From an uncultured Enterobacteriaceae bacterium (GTDB lineage: Bacteria; Myxococcota_A; UBA9042): a stretch of 64,000 nt of DNA. Location: contig CAYTLW010000029.1 of NCBI GenBank assembly GCA_964438735.1, forward strand, positions 1,724-65,723. Reading direction: 5' to 3'. Numbering within the stretch: position 1 is the stretch's first letter; each line of letters starts with the position of its first letter. Position numbers and translations under genes: made by a program. Shown in pieces: positions 41,198 through 50,687 of this stretch. The notes below the pieces were generated by a model, which was given only the letters and a program-made list of their open reading frames with translations, searched no databases and had not been told where the DNA came from.

Positions 41198-41815
41198 ATG
41201 CGCATCGCCATCATCACCTCCCTGGTCGCGGCCACCCTCTTTGCGGCCGCCCCGGCCGAAGCCATCGACATCTACATCAACGGCAAGCGGGCCACCGGAT
41301 TGGTCAACGCCGATCTGCTGCACTGCGAGGTGAAGTTCGATGCGCGGGGCAACCTGCACATCCTGTCGCCGGGCTACAACGTCGTGCTCGACAAGACCGG
41401 CAAGCCGGTGCGCGTGGTCGGCAGCTCGGACTTCAAGGCCGTGGGCGCCAAGGCCGCCAAACCCAAGACCCGCTACGTGCTGGTCTACCAGCCCAACCCG
41501 AAGGTGGGCTTCACCTTCGACATCCAGATCAACAACAAACCCTTCCGCAAGATCGGATTGCAGACCGGTCCATTTACGGTCGGCCTGGGCACGACCTTCC
41601 ATGCCGGTGCCAACGCCCTCAAGGTGACCGGCAAACCGGCCGGCACGCCGGCGCCCGGCGGCACCGAGGCCGACGTGGTCAAGCTGGTGATCTACAGCGG
41701 CATCGAGCTGCCTGACGGCACCTTCAAGGCCAAACATCCGCCCGTCTGGCAGCTGGTCCGGGCCGCGATCGATCGTCAGCCGGTGCAGCGCAGCACCACG
41801 ATCATCGCTGAGTAG
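41198..41815 (+). CDS. Secreted hypothetical protein (beta-rich)
   Basis: Internal ATG MRIAIITSLVAATLFAAAPAEA is a signal peptide. Coding bias present. Confidence 0.5.
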   Translation: MRIAIITSLVAATLFAAAPAEAIDIYINGKRATGLVNADLLHCEVKFDARGNLHILSPGYNVVLDKTGKPVRVVGSSDFKAVGAKAAKPKTRYVLVYQPNPKVGFTFDIQINNKPFRKIGLQTGPFTVGLGTTFHAGANALKVTGKPAGTPAPGGTEADVVKLVIYSGIELPDGTFKAKHPPVWQLVRAAIDRQPVQRSTTIIAE

Positions 41816-41826
41816 CGGAACCCACC

Positions 41827-42993
41827 TTGACCACCGGTCGCGTGCTCGCCGTCGACGAGCAGGGCGCGGTCGCCCTCTGGCAGGGTGGCCGGGTGCTGGC
41901 CATCGCCGCCGCGGAAGCTCACAGGACGCTGCAATCTGGCGACCTGGTGCGAGTGGATGGCGACCGGCTGCACCTGCTCCAACGGCCGCACGATCCAGCC
42001 CGGCATGGCCACCCCGATGGCGAGGTGGCGCGACTGGCGGCCGACCAGGGGCGGGTCTACGGAGCCTTGCGCGAGCGGGCGGCGGTGTTGCGAGCGGCGC
42101 GGGCATTCTTCGACGAGCGGGAGTTCATCGAGATCGAAGCCCCCGCCATGGCCACCAGCCCTGGATTGGAGGTGCACCTGGACGCCGTCCGAGCAGATCT
42201 ACGCCAGGGCATGGGCGGCGAAGCGACCACGCGCTGGCTGGTGACCAGTCCGGAGTACCACCTCAAGCGCCTCCTGGTGGGCGGCTTCGAGCGCATCTAC
42301 AGCCTGGGGCGATCGTTTCGATCCGGCGAGCGCGGACACTGGCATAACCCGGAATTCACCATGGCCGAGTGGTACCGGGTGGACGCGCGTTACCCTGCCA
42401 TCGTGGCCGATGTGGAGGGTCTGCTGGCGGCGGGCTGGCAGGCCATGTCGCCACACTTGTCGCCGACGCGACTCGAGCAGCTGGCGCCGCTGCGCCAGGC
42501 CCTGTCGCAGCCATCGATGACCCTGCCGTTTCGCCAGGCGCTGCGCGATTTCGGTGCCGGGAAGGTCGATGAATCCGACGCCGAAGCCCTGGTGGCCGCG
42601 TTCGTCGAATATGTCGAACCGCGCCTGCCTGACGACCGGGTCGTGATCATCGATCGCTGGCCAATCTCCCTGGCTTCCCTGGCGCGTCCCTTCGCCGACG
42701 ATCCGAACACCGCCGAGCGTTTCGAGGTCTACGTCTGCGGCGTCGAGCTGGCCAACGGCTTCACTGAATTGGTCGATCCCCACGAACAGCGCCGCCGCTT
42801 CGAGGTCGACCTGGCCGAACGGGACCGCCTGGGCTTGCCTGCCTATCCGATCGACGAGCGCTTCCTGGCCGCTCTGGCCGAGGGCTGCCCACCGGCCGCC
42901 GGCGTCGCCCTGGGCATGGATCGCATGATCATGTTGTTGGGCGGCTACGACGCCATCGACCAGGTGATCGCCTTCCCTTTCGAACGCGCCTGA
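41827..42993 (+). CDS. epmA: EF-P lysine lysyltransferase EpmA (class II LysRS catalytic-domain paralogue, GenX/PoxA) with an N-terminal OB-like extension
   Basis: LVTSPEYHLKRLLVGGFERIYSLGRSFRSGERGHWHNPEFTMAEWY and the C-terminal ERFEVYVCGVELANGF...GVALGMDRMIML are conserved through motifs 1-3. TTG/GTG start is uncertain. About 65 extra N-terminal residues. Confidence 0.75.
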   Translation: MTTGRVLAVDEQGAVALWQGGRVLAIAAAEAHRTLQSGDLVRVDGDRLHLLQRPHDPARHGHPDGEVARLAADQGRVYGALRERAAVLRAARAFFDEREFIEIEAPAMATSPGLEVHLDAVRADLRQGMGGEATTRWLVTSPEYHLKRLLVGGFERIYSLGRSFRSGERGHWHNPEFTMAEWYRVDARYPAIVADVEGLLAAGWQAMSPHLSPTRLEQLAPLRQALSQPSMTLPFRQALRDFGAGKVDESDAEALVAAFVEYVEPRLPDDRVVIIDRWPISLASLARPFADDPNTAERFEVYVCGVELANGFTELVDPHEQRRRFEVDLAERDRLGLPAYPIDERFLAALAEGCPPAAGVALGMDRMIMLLGGYDAIDQVIAFPFERA

Positions 42994-43008
42994 AGCGCCA
43001 TCAACAAC

Positions 43009-43050
43009 CTGGCGCGCGCCCCTCTCTTGACGGAGGGGCACCCAGCGCGC
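43009..43050. terminator. GC-rich hairpin between epmA and ferredoxin (gcccctc-tcttgacg-gaggggc, flanked by gcgcgc arms)
   Basis: Inverted repeat seen directly in the sequence. No U-tract. It could be a terminator or part of the fdx promoter region. Confidence 0.3.
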
Positions 43051-43128
43051 TAGTTGACCACGACCGGGTGCCGCACTGGCAACCCGGGCGCGCGAGCAGC
43101 CCACAAAGCGGCGTCAGGAGTCCAAGAT

Positions 43129-43482
43129 ATGGCGTATATCATCACGAAACTCTGCGTGGACTGTAAGGATACGGCCTGCGCCGATGTCTGCCCGGTCGAG
43201 TGCATCTACGAGTACAAAGGGGACGACAAGGCTTCGTTTCCCAACCAGCTGTACATCAACCCGGATGAGTGCATCGACTGCACCAACTGCGAGCCGGCGT
43301 GCCCGTGGAAGGCCGTCTTCGAAGAGGACGAGGTGCCGGACGTGTTCGAGTCCGATATCGCGCTCAACCACAAGATGGTCGATCACGAGGAAGACTTCGA
43401 GGTCGCCGAGATCGAGAAGGGCGCCGCGCCGACCGCCGAGCAGGTCGAGGCGAACTTCGCCAAGTACAGCTACGAGCCCTAG
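43129..43482 (+). CDS. fdxA: 7Fe ferredoxin (one 3Fe-4S and one 4Fe-4S cluster; FdxA type)
   Basis: MAYIITKLCVDCKDTACADVCPVECIY...CIDCTNCEPACP. RBS aggag lies 8 bp upstream. Confidence 0.85.
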   Translation: MAYIITKLCVDCKDTACADVCPVECIYEYKGDDKASFPNQLYINPDECIDCTNCEPACPWKAVFEEDEVPDVFESDIALNHKMVDHEEDFEVAEIEKGAAPTAEQVEANFAKYSYEP

Positions 43483-43542
43483 GGCGACGCTCAGCCCCGC
43501 CACCGTGGTGCCCCGGGGGCCGTTGCGCGCCGCGGTGCGACC

Positions 43543-44058
43543 ATGACCCTGCACGAGCCGGGCCCGGACGAGGCCACCGTGATCGCGCCGGCAAGCGGCG
43601 CCGATCCGGTCGCACGCGCACGTCGCATGCTGCGCGTGCACTCGGTCTTCAACCTGGCGGCGATCATCTTCTACCTGGCCGGTGGCGCGTTCGCTACGGC
43701 GACCACCTACCTGCTCAACTACGAGGACTGGGTCTTCTACGCCCTGATGGGCCTGTGCACGGCCATCGTGCTGACCGCCTATGGCCGCCTGCACCCGACC
43801 ACGGGCTGGCTGCGCCGCATCGCCACCTGGCTCTTCGCCGAAGCGGTGGTGCTGGCCTGGACGGCTCTGCTCTTCGAAAAGACCCTCAGCGGCTGGTCGG
43901 TGATCGGCGACCAGGTGGTGGAGCATGGCGCCCAGCCGGTGTTCTGGTTGCCGGTGTTATGCAACGCCGTCTGCGCCAGTTTGATGGCCTTCCACCTGCT
44001 CTTTGTGGCGCCCCGCGTCCGTCGTGAGCATCTGGCGGCACAGGAGCTGAGTCGCTGA
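43543..44058 (+). CDS. Small integral membrane protein translationally coupled to mreC
   Basis: Four predicted TM helices. Stop TGA overlaps the mreC ATG (tgatg). Confidence 0.5.
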   Translation: MTLHEPGPDEATVIAPASGADPVARARRMLRVHSVFNLAAIIFYLAGGAFATATTYLLNYEDWVFYALMGLCTAIVLTAYGRLHPTTGWLRRIATWLFAEAVVLAWTALLFEKTLSGWSVIGDQVVEHGAQPVFWLPVLCNAVCASLMAFHLLFVAPRVRREHLAAQELSR

Positions 44059-44987
44059 TGTTGCGCGACCTGCTGATGCGCTATCGGCGCACGATCCTGC
44101 TGACGCTGGCGCTGGCGCTGCCCCTGGCGTCCATGTACTTCCACGGCAAGACCCGTACGGGCAGCACGATCTTCGAGCAGTCGATGCTGACCTTGACGGC
44201 CCCGGGCCAGGCGGCCACCGACGGCGCCCTGCGCAGCGCCCGCCAGCTGCTCGATGGCTACGTGCTGCTCACCGGCGTGAAGGGGCGCAACCTGGAGCTG
44301 CAGCGCGAGAACAAGATCCTGCTCGGCGAGGCGCTCAAGAGCCGCGCCCTGCGCGAGGAGCTACGGCGGGTCAAGCAGCTGTGCGACTTCAAGGCGGTGC
44401 GCAAGGAGCTGTCGACCATCCCCGCCCGGGTGATCGGGCGCGAGATCTCGCAGTTCTTTCGGGTCTTGCGGGTGCGCGTCGAGGTCGGCGCCGGCACACC
44501 CCTGCGCGAGGGCCTGGCGGTGGTCAGCCACAACGGCGTGGTCGGCCGCCTGGAGAAGGTCTCGGGCAACTTCGCCGACGTGATGCTGGTCACTGACGCC
44601 CGCTCCCAGGTGCACGCCACCGTCGCCGGCAAGGGTGTGGTCGGCACCGTGCGCGGCAAGGGCAAGCGCAAGGAGTTCGGGGTCGAGTTCGTCTACCTCG
44701 AGCGCGCCGATCGACGGGCGCCTCTGGGCGCCGGCGATGCGGTATTGACCACGGGCCACGATCGGGTCTTCCCGCCCGGCCTCGAGATCGGCCACATCAC
44801 CGCCGCCCCCGGCACCCGCACCGGGCCCTATCACGAGTTCACGCTGACACCTGCGGTCGCCTTCGCTACCCTCGAAGAGGTGCTCATCGTCACCCGCCAT
44901 CGCACGCCGGCGCGCGACCTGCCGCGCCCGCGGGCCGGCAAGGATCGCCGACTGCGCCTGGATCCCGCCAACCAGCCCGATGGCTGA
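44058..44987 (+). CDS. mreC: Rod shape-determining protein MreC
   Basis: N-terminal TM, coiled-coil LELQRENKILLGEALKS, and two beta domains with GxG motifs. Confidence 0.8.
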   Translation: MLRDLLMRYRRTILLTLALALPLASMYFHGKTRTGSTIFEQSMLTLTAPGQAATDGALRSARQLLDGYVLLTGVKGRNLELQRENKILLGEALKSRALREELRRVKQLCDFKAVRKELSTIPARVIGREISQFFRVLRVRVEVGAGTPLREGLAVVSHNGVVGRLEKVSGNFADVMLVTDARSQVHATVAGKGVVGTVRGKGKRKEFGVEFVYLERADRRAPLGAGDAVLTTGHDRVFPPGLEIGHITAAPGTRTGPYHEFTLTPAVAFATLEEVLIVTRHRTPARDLPRPRAGKDRRLRLDPANQPDG

Positions 44988-45026
44988 GCCACAAGGAGGG
45001 GCGCCCGCAAGCGCCCGGGACGTTCG

Positions 45027-45539
45027 ATGAAGTATGGAGTCTGGCTGTTGTTGACCTACGTGCTGCTGGCGCTCGAATCGCCGCTGCTCGGTCGCGTCGA
45101 CTTCCAGTTCTATGCGCCGGACGTGGCCCTGCTACTGGCCATCTACCTGGCCAGCCGGGCCGGACTGCTGCCGGGGCTGATCTGCGCATTCGCCGCCGGT
45201 CTGCTCAAAGATGGCTTCTCCCTGGCCGCGCCGCTGGGCCTGTTCACCGAGATCAACGTGCTGGCCCTGCTGGCCACCCGGGTGCTGACCCGACGCGTCG
45301 ACCTGCGCAGCACGGTGCCCCTGATGGCCACCTCGGCGGCCGCCTCGCTGCTCGCCAGCGGTCTCTTCCTGCTGTTGTCGGCTATCTTCGATCGCGATTT
45401 CGCCGGCACCGACCAGGTGCTGATCATGGCGCTGCCCCTGGCCCTGATGACCATGTTGGTGATGCCCGTGCTCTGCGCCGTCTTCGACCGCGTCGGCCGA
45501 ATCTTCGAACGGCGGGGGCCTGCCTCCGTGTTCAGGTAG
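45027..45539 (+). CDS. mreD: Rod shape-determining protein MreD
   Basis: Small polytopic membrane protein immediately after mreC and before pbp2. Confidence 0.7.
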   Translation: MKYGVWLLLTYVLLALESPLLGRVDFQFYAPDVALLLAIYLASRAGLLPGLICAFAAGLLKDGFSLAAPLGLFTEINVLALLATRVLTRRVDLRSTVPLMATSAAASLLASGLFLLLSAIFDRDFAGTDQVLIMALPLALMTMLVMPVLCAVFDRVGRIFERRGPASVFR

Positions 45540-45554
45540 GAACGCAGCCCCACC

Positions 45555-47825
45555 ATGGCCCGTCTCTCGCTCGGTCAATCGCACGACGCCACGGCCTTCA
45601 GCGGCCGCAACAAGGTGGCTCGGGCGGCGGTGCTGGCCGGCTTGATGATGCTCTTCGCTCGCCTGCTGCTGGTCCAGGCGGTGCGGGGCGAGCGCTACGA
45701 GAAGTTCGCCGCCGTGGAGCGGGTCTCCAAGGTGCGCGCCACGGCCGCGCGCGGGCTGATCATGGGGCCCGGTGGCGACGTGCTGGCGCGCAACATCGAG
45801 AGCCATCGCCTCGAGGTGTTGCCACGACGGGTCAAACCCGAGCGGGTCCAGCCCGTGGCGGACATCCTGCGTAGCCTGCTGGACATGACCGACTCGGAGT
45901 ACAAGGGGCTCATCGCCGAGCTGCGCCGCCCCCTGCCGCCCCGACGCAGCAAGCCGCTGGTGGTTCGGCGCGGCCTGGTCTCGACCCACTGCCCCTACGA
46001 CTCCCACCGCTTGGAGCTGGTCGGCGAGGTGAACTACTCCTTCTGCCGCACCTGCGGCCGGACCTACGAACAGCCGCCAAAGCGCCACATCTGTCCGGTC
46101 GATCGCAAGAAGCTCGTGCCCAGCGGCAGCGGTGATGGCCTGCACTGCCCGGTCTGCGCGCGCGAATTCCTCGACAAGGAGACCTGTCCCTACGACGACA
46201 CGCCGGTCAGTCGCGGCGAACACATCCTGCATTGCGCCATGTGCGGGAGGACCTACAACGACGAGGTGGCGCGGCTCCGTTCGCACCTGCACCGGCTGCC
46301 CGAAGCGCGGGTGCGCACCGAGATCCAGCGCGAGTATCCCTACCGCTACCTGGCCAGCCATGTGCTGGGCTACATGTCGCGTGTCAATCGCCGGGATATG
46401 CGGCCCTTCGTCGAGGGTGGCAAGTCGCGATTTTCGCTCAACGATCACATCGGCCGGGCGGGCCTGGAGCGCACCCTGGACGCCATGCTGCGCGGCGTCG
46501 ATGGCGAGCAGGTGCTGGTCCGCCGACGGGGCAGCGAAGAGGAGACGCGCGACCTGGAGGACCTGCTGGAGGCCATGAAGCCGCGACCTACGGTGCCGGG
46601 CCTGTCGGTGCGCCTGACCCTGGACCTGGAGCTGCAGCGGGTGGCCAAGGTGGCCATGAAACACGTGCACTCGGGCGCCGTGGTGGCCCTGGATCCGCGC
46701 AACGGCAAGGTGCGGGTCATGTACAGCAAGCCGAGCTTCGATCCCAACGCCTGGTCCGGCCGCCTGACGCCGGAGATCAAGGCGCGCGTCGACGCCAGCT
46801 ACTTCGCGCCCCTGCTCAACAAGGCGGTGCACCCCTTCCCGCCGGCCTCCACCTACAAGATCGTCGCCGCCGCCGGGGCCATCGAACATGGCCTGGCCAG
46901 CCGCGATACGCGCATCTGGTGCCCGGGGCATTACGAGTACGGCGGCCGCCGCTTCCGCTGCTACAAGCGCCAGGGTCACGGCGAGATCGACATGGTGCAG
47001 GCCCTGGAACGCAGCTGTGATGTGTACTTCTACAAGCTGGGCGAGCGGCTCGGCCTGGAGCGCCTGGAGCAGCAGGCCCGGCGCATGGGTTTCGGCGAAC
47101 ATACGGGCATCGAGATCCGCGAGCGGATCGGCCGCCTGCCCACCAAGGCGTGGTACGACAAGCGCAAGGTGCGCTACTTCCCCGGCTTCGCCCTGTCCAC
47201 CGCCGTCGGCCAGAAGGACGTGACCGCCACGCCATTGCAGCTGGCGCGGGTCTTCGCCGGCCTGGCCCGGGGCGGCCACCTGCCCGACGTGACCTTGCTG
47301 GAGACGCTGCAGCGCTCGGGCCAGCCGATCCCCGTCCTGGGCCGCGGCAAGGGACGCTCCATGGGCCTGCGGCCGGGTACCCTGGCCACGCTGCACGAAG
47401 GCCTGGAGCGGGTGGTGGCGCGCGAGTACGGCACCGCCCATCGGCATCGCCTGGCGGGCGTGCGCATGGCCGGCAAGACCGGTACCGCTGAGGCGCCGCA
47501 GCGGGCGCGCAAGGGCATGCCCAAGAGCATCCGCCGCTGGCTCAAGGAAGACCACGCCTGGTTCGCCTCCTGGGCGCCCGTGGAGGCGCCATCGCTGGTG
47601 GTGGTGGTCTTCGTCGAGCATGGCGGGCTCGGCGGCGCGGTGGCGGCGCCCATCGCCAAGCGCATCATGACCGCGTGGTTCAAGGCCCACCCCGAGCTGG
47701 GCCGGCCACCGGAGGGGGATCGGCCGACGTATGGTGACGACACGGCCACCTATGGTCCGGTCATCCCACCGCCATCGGCACTGCGAACGTCGACGCTGCG
47801 CCCGCGCGACAGGGGGCCGCCATGA
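45555..47825 (+). CDS. mrdA: Penicillin-binding protein 2 (elongasome transpeptidase) with a cysteine-rich zinc-ribbon insertion in the N-terminal head region
   Basis: TM anchor. SxxK (PPASTYKIV), SxN-like SCD, and KTGTAE motifs. Residues about 140-245 carry 9 Cys as C-x17-CxxC units that are absent from canonical PBP2. Confidence 0.85.
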   Translation: MARLSLGQSHDATAFSGRNKVARAAVLAGLMMLFARLLLVQAVRGERYEKFAAVERVSKVRATAARGLIMGPGGDVLARNIESHRLEVLPRRVKPERVQPVADILRSLLDMTDSEYKGLIAELRRPLPPRRSKPLVVRRGLVSTHCPYDSHRLELVGEVNYSFCRTCGRTYEQPPKRHICPVDRKKLVPSGSGDGLHCPVCAREFLDKETCPYDDTPVSRGEHILHCAMCGRTYNDEVARLRSHLHRLPEARVRTEIQREYPYRYLASHVLGYMSRVNRRDMRPFVEGGKSRFSLNDHIGRAGLERTLDAMLRGVDGEQVLVRRRGSEEETRDLEDLLEAMKPRPTVPGLSVRLTLDLELQRVAKVAMKHVHSGAVVALDPRNGKVRVMYSKPSFDPNAWSGRLTPEIKARVDASYFAPLLNKAVHPFPPASTYKIVAAAGAIEHGLASRDTRIWCPGHYEYGGRRFRCYKRQGHGEIDMVQALERSCDVYFYKLGERLGLERLEQQARRMGFGEHTGIEIRERIGRLPTKAWYDKRKVRYFPGFALSTAVGQKDVTATPLQLARVFAGLARGGHLPDVTLLETLQRSGQPIPVLGRGKGRSMGLRPGTLATLHEGLERVVAREYGTAHRHRLAGVRMAGKTGTAEAPQRARKGMPKSIRRWLKEDHAWFASWAPVEAPSLVVVVFVEHGGLGGAVAAPIAKRIMTAWFKAHPELGRPPEGDRPTYGDDTATYGPVIPPPSALRTSTLRPRDRGPP

Positions 47826-48934
47826 GCCTCGCCCGTCGCCTGCGAGAACCCTCCCTCATCGGCGGGGTCGCCTGCATCTTGCTGATCTGTGGCGCGGCGA
47901 TCTGGAATCTCTGGTTCGTCGACTCCCTGCGCGAGACCAGCTACCACCGCGCCCAGACCACCTGGATCGTGCTCGGCCTGATCGGCGCGGGCATCATCGC
48001 CGGCATGGATATGCACTTCTTCCGCCGCATCAGCGGCACCTTGTACCAGGTGCTGGTGTTGTTGCTGCTGGTGGTGCTGGTCTTCGGCCGCGAGATCAAC
48101 AACAGCCGGCGCTGGATCGAGCTCGGCCCGGTCAACCTGCAGCCGAGCGAGTTCATGAAGCTGGCCATGGTGCTGGTACTGGCGCACTGGTTCGATCGAC
48201 GACGCAGCTCGTCCGCCTGGGGCCTGCGCCAGCTCCTGATTCCCCTGGCGATCCTCCTGATCCCGGTGGGGCTCATCAACCGCCAGCCAGACCTGGGCAC
48301 GTCCATCTGCGTGGCCCTGATCGGCGGCTGCATGATCCTGTACGAGGGGGTGCGCCGCCAGACCCTGGTGGGCCTGCTCCTGCTGGTGGTCCTGGGCCTG
48401 CCCCTGGCCTGGCGTTTCGGCGCCGTGCACACCTACCAGAAGGCGCGCGTACAGGCCTGGCTGGCCCTGGACGAAGACGCGGTCATGTCGCGCCGCACTG
48501 CGCGCGCCTCCCAGGCCGAGCAAGCCCTCTGGGCCGTAGGTTCGGGTCGTTGGGTCGGCCGCACCACCGCCGATGCGCGCCGCTCCGTATTGCGCCACCT
48601 GCCCTTCCTGCACACCGATTTCGTGCTGGCGAGTTGGGCCGAACTCACTGGACTGTTGGGCTCTCTGGCCCTGTTCATATGTTATGGGGGGGCGCTCTGG
48701 TGGGCGCTGAGCATTGCCCACAGGGCCCGTGACCGCTTCGACGCCCTGGTGGCGGTCGGCGTGGCGGCACTCATCTTCTGGCAGTTCTTCATCAACGCGG
48801 GAATGGTCATCGGCCTTTTACCCGTGGTTGGCATGACCCTGCCGCTGATGAGCTATGGCGGCTCGAGCGTGCTCACCGTGCTGCTGGGCTGCGGCTTCCT
48901 GCTCAATATCGCCTTGCGTCGGACCAACCGATGA
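47822..48934 (+). CDS. rodA: SEDS-family peptidoglycan glycosyltransferase RodA
   Basis: FtsW/RodA/SpoVE topology and motifs. The start overlaps the pbp2 stop (ATGA). Confidence 0.85.
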   Translation: MSLARRLREPSLIGGVACILLICGAAIWNLWFVDSLRETSYHRAQTTWIVLGLIGAGIIAGMDMHFFRRISGTLYQVLVLLLLVVLVFGREINNSRRWIELGPVNLQPSEFMKLAMVLVLAHWFDRRRSSSAWGLRQLLIPLAILLIPVGLINRQPDLGTSICVALIGGCMILYEGVRRQTLVGLLLLVVLGLPLAWRFGAVHTYQKARVQAWLALDEDAVMSRRTARASQAEQALWAVGSGRWVGRTTADARRSVLRHLPFLHTDFVLASWAELTGLLGSLALFICYGGALWWALSIAHRARDRFDALVAVGVAALIFWQFFINAGMVIGLLPVVGMTLPLMSYGGSSVLTVLLGCGFLLNIALRRTNR

Positions 48935-50643
48935 CCGAGGCCGAGCCGCACCGAGCCGCTCGCAGGCCGACCCTCGCTTCTCAACTCGTGACGGTGCTCA
49001 TCGTCGCCGGCCTTGTGGCGGTGCTGGGCTGGAATGCGGAGTACGTGCACGACGACCACCCCGCGGTCCTGGACAACGCCAACGTCACCTGGCCGCCACC
49101 GGTGGCACAGACCTTCCGCACCTCCTACTTCGGCCCCGGCAAGGCGTTCGCCCACATGCCCCTGAGCCGACCGCTCGTCACGCTCTCCTTCGCGGCTGAA
49201 GAGGGGCTCGGCTGGACGTCGAGCCGGGCACGCCACCTGGTCAGCGCCGCGATCTACGCCCTCATCTGCGTGCTGGTCGGAGGGGTCTTCGGCCACATGG
49301 CCACGTTCTGGGCCAGCGCCTCGACCCTGCGATGGCACGCGTGGGGAACGATTTCGGCGACGATTTTCTGCCTCCATCCCGTGCACGGCAGCGCGCTCAT
49401 GTCGGTGGCTTATCGACCCGAGCTGATGGCCCTGGGCTTCATCTTGCTGGCCTCTTTGTTCTGGCTGCAGCTCCTGCAGGGCGCCTCCCATCCCTGGCTG
49501 CGAACCCTGGCCGGCGTCTCCTGTTTTGGCCTGGCGCTGTTGTGCAAGGAGAGCGCCGTCTGCGCCCTGGCGCCCTGGCTGGTGGCCGCCTGGATCCGGC
49601 CTGGGGGCCTGCGCCGGAGCGCGGCCATGGCGGCGGCCTGTGTACTGCTCACCGTGGCTCTGCTGGGCTGGCGGCACCTGGTCCTGGGCGGTGTGCTCGT
49701 GGCGCAGATCCCGTGGGCCGACAACCCGCTGTCCATCGTCGACGGGCCGACCCGAATCATCGGCGCGCTGGAGGGGATCTGGTTGGCGGCGACCCACCTG
49801 CTTGTGCCGCTGACCATCCTGCAGGCCCCCGACTGGTCCTTCGATGCCCTGCAGGTGTCGTCGACGCCCGGCCCGCGCGCCATCGCCGGTATGTGCATCA
49901 CGGTGGCGGCTGCAGCGGCGGCCATCTGGGGATTGACCGGCGCCCGACGTCGCGGCCGCGCCGGACTGGTTGCCCTGGGCCTGGTCTGGGCCGCAGCGTT
50001 CTACTTTCCGGTCAGCAATCTGCTCTTCCCCATCCCGGTGCGCTTCGCCGAGCGGCTGCTCTTCGCTCCTTCGGTGGCCGCCTGTGCCCTGCTGGCCTGG
50101 CCGGCGGCGCTCGCACAGGGGCGTTTCGACCGCGCGTTCGACCGTTTGCACCAGGCCGGCTGGTCCCGCTGGCGACTCTGGCCGCTGAGACTGCTCGAAC
50201 CTCACCTGGTCATCTGCTTGCTCCTGTTGAGCCAGATGGTCGCCGCCGCCGGGCCCTGGCGCAGCGATCAATCGCTCTTCGCATGGGGCGTAGCGCAACA
50301 ACCGCGCTCGGCCAAGATGCGCTACAACCTGGGCCGCCTGCTGGTCGAGAAGAAGCGCGAGACCGAAGCGCTGCCCCACCTGCAGATCGCGGTCGCCCTG
50401 CGACCCGACGACCACGACGCCCGGATCACGCTCCTGGAAGCCCACTTCCGCCTGAAACAATGCGACCAGAGCCGCGCCCTGGCCGACGCCATGGAGGCCG
50501 ACCCGACCCTGACACCGTTGGGCCACGTCGCCTTGTTCCACTGGGCCGGGGTCTGCCGGGATGTGGAGCGGATGCGTCGCCACGAGCCGTGGCTCCGAAA
50601 ACGCGCCCGCGGGCCGCCGACAAAGACCGTGAAAAAACCCTGA
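48931..50643 (+). CDS. Membrane protein with N-terminal polytopic GT-C/PMT-like domain (VHDD motif in the first loop) and C-terminal TPR repeats (TMTC-like)
   Basis: Start overlaps the rodA stop. First TM followed by EYVHDDHPAV. About 9 TM helices. C-terminal TPR-like repeats. Confidence 0.55.
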   Translation: MTEAEPHRAARRPTLASQLVTVLIVAGLVAVLGWNAEYVHDDHPAVLDNANVTWPPPVAQTFRTSYFGPGKAFAHMPLSRPLVTLSFAAEEGLGWTSSRARHLVSAAIYALICVLVGGVFGHMATFWASASTLRWHAWGTISATIFCLHPVHGSALMSVAYRPELMALGFILLASLFWLQLLQGASHPWLRTLAGVSCFGLALLCKESAVCALAPWLVAAWIRPGGLRRSAAMAAACVLLTVALLGWRHLVLGGVLVAQIPWADNPLSIVDGPTRIIGALEGIWLAATHLLVPLTILQAPDWSFDALQVSSTPGPRAIAGMCITVAAAAAAIWGLTGARRRGRAGLVALGLVWAAAFYFPVSNLLFPIPVRFAERLLFAPSVAACALLAWPAALAQGRFDRAFDRLHQAGWSRWRLWPLRLLEPHLVICLLLLSQMVAAAGPWRSDQSLFAWGVAQQPRSAKMRYNLGRLLVEKKRETEALPHLQIAVALRPDDHDARITLLEAHFRLKQCDQSRALADAMEADPTLTPLGHVALFHWAGVCRDVERMRRHEPWLRKRARGPPTKTVKKP

Positions 50644-50687
50644 AAACAGTTCCAAGGCGGGCCACGAGGTGCTATTCAGCCCCCGCC

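Noticed and set aside
45132-47690. 852-aa minus-strand ORF antisense to mreD/pbp2
   Set aside because: Shadow ORF. PBP2 catalytic motifs on the plus strand are definitive.
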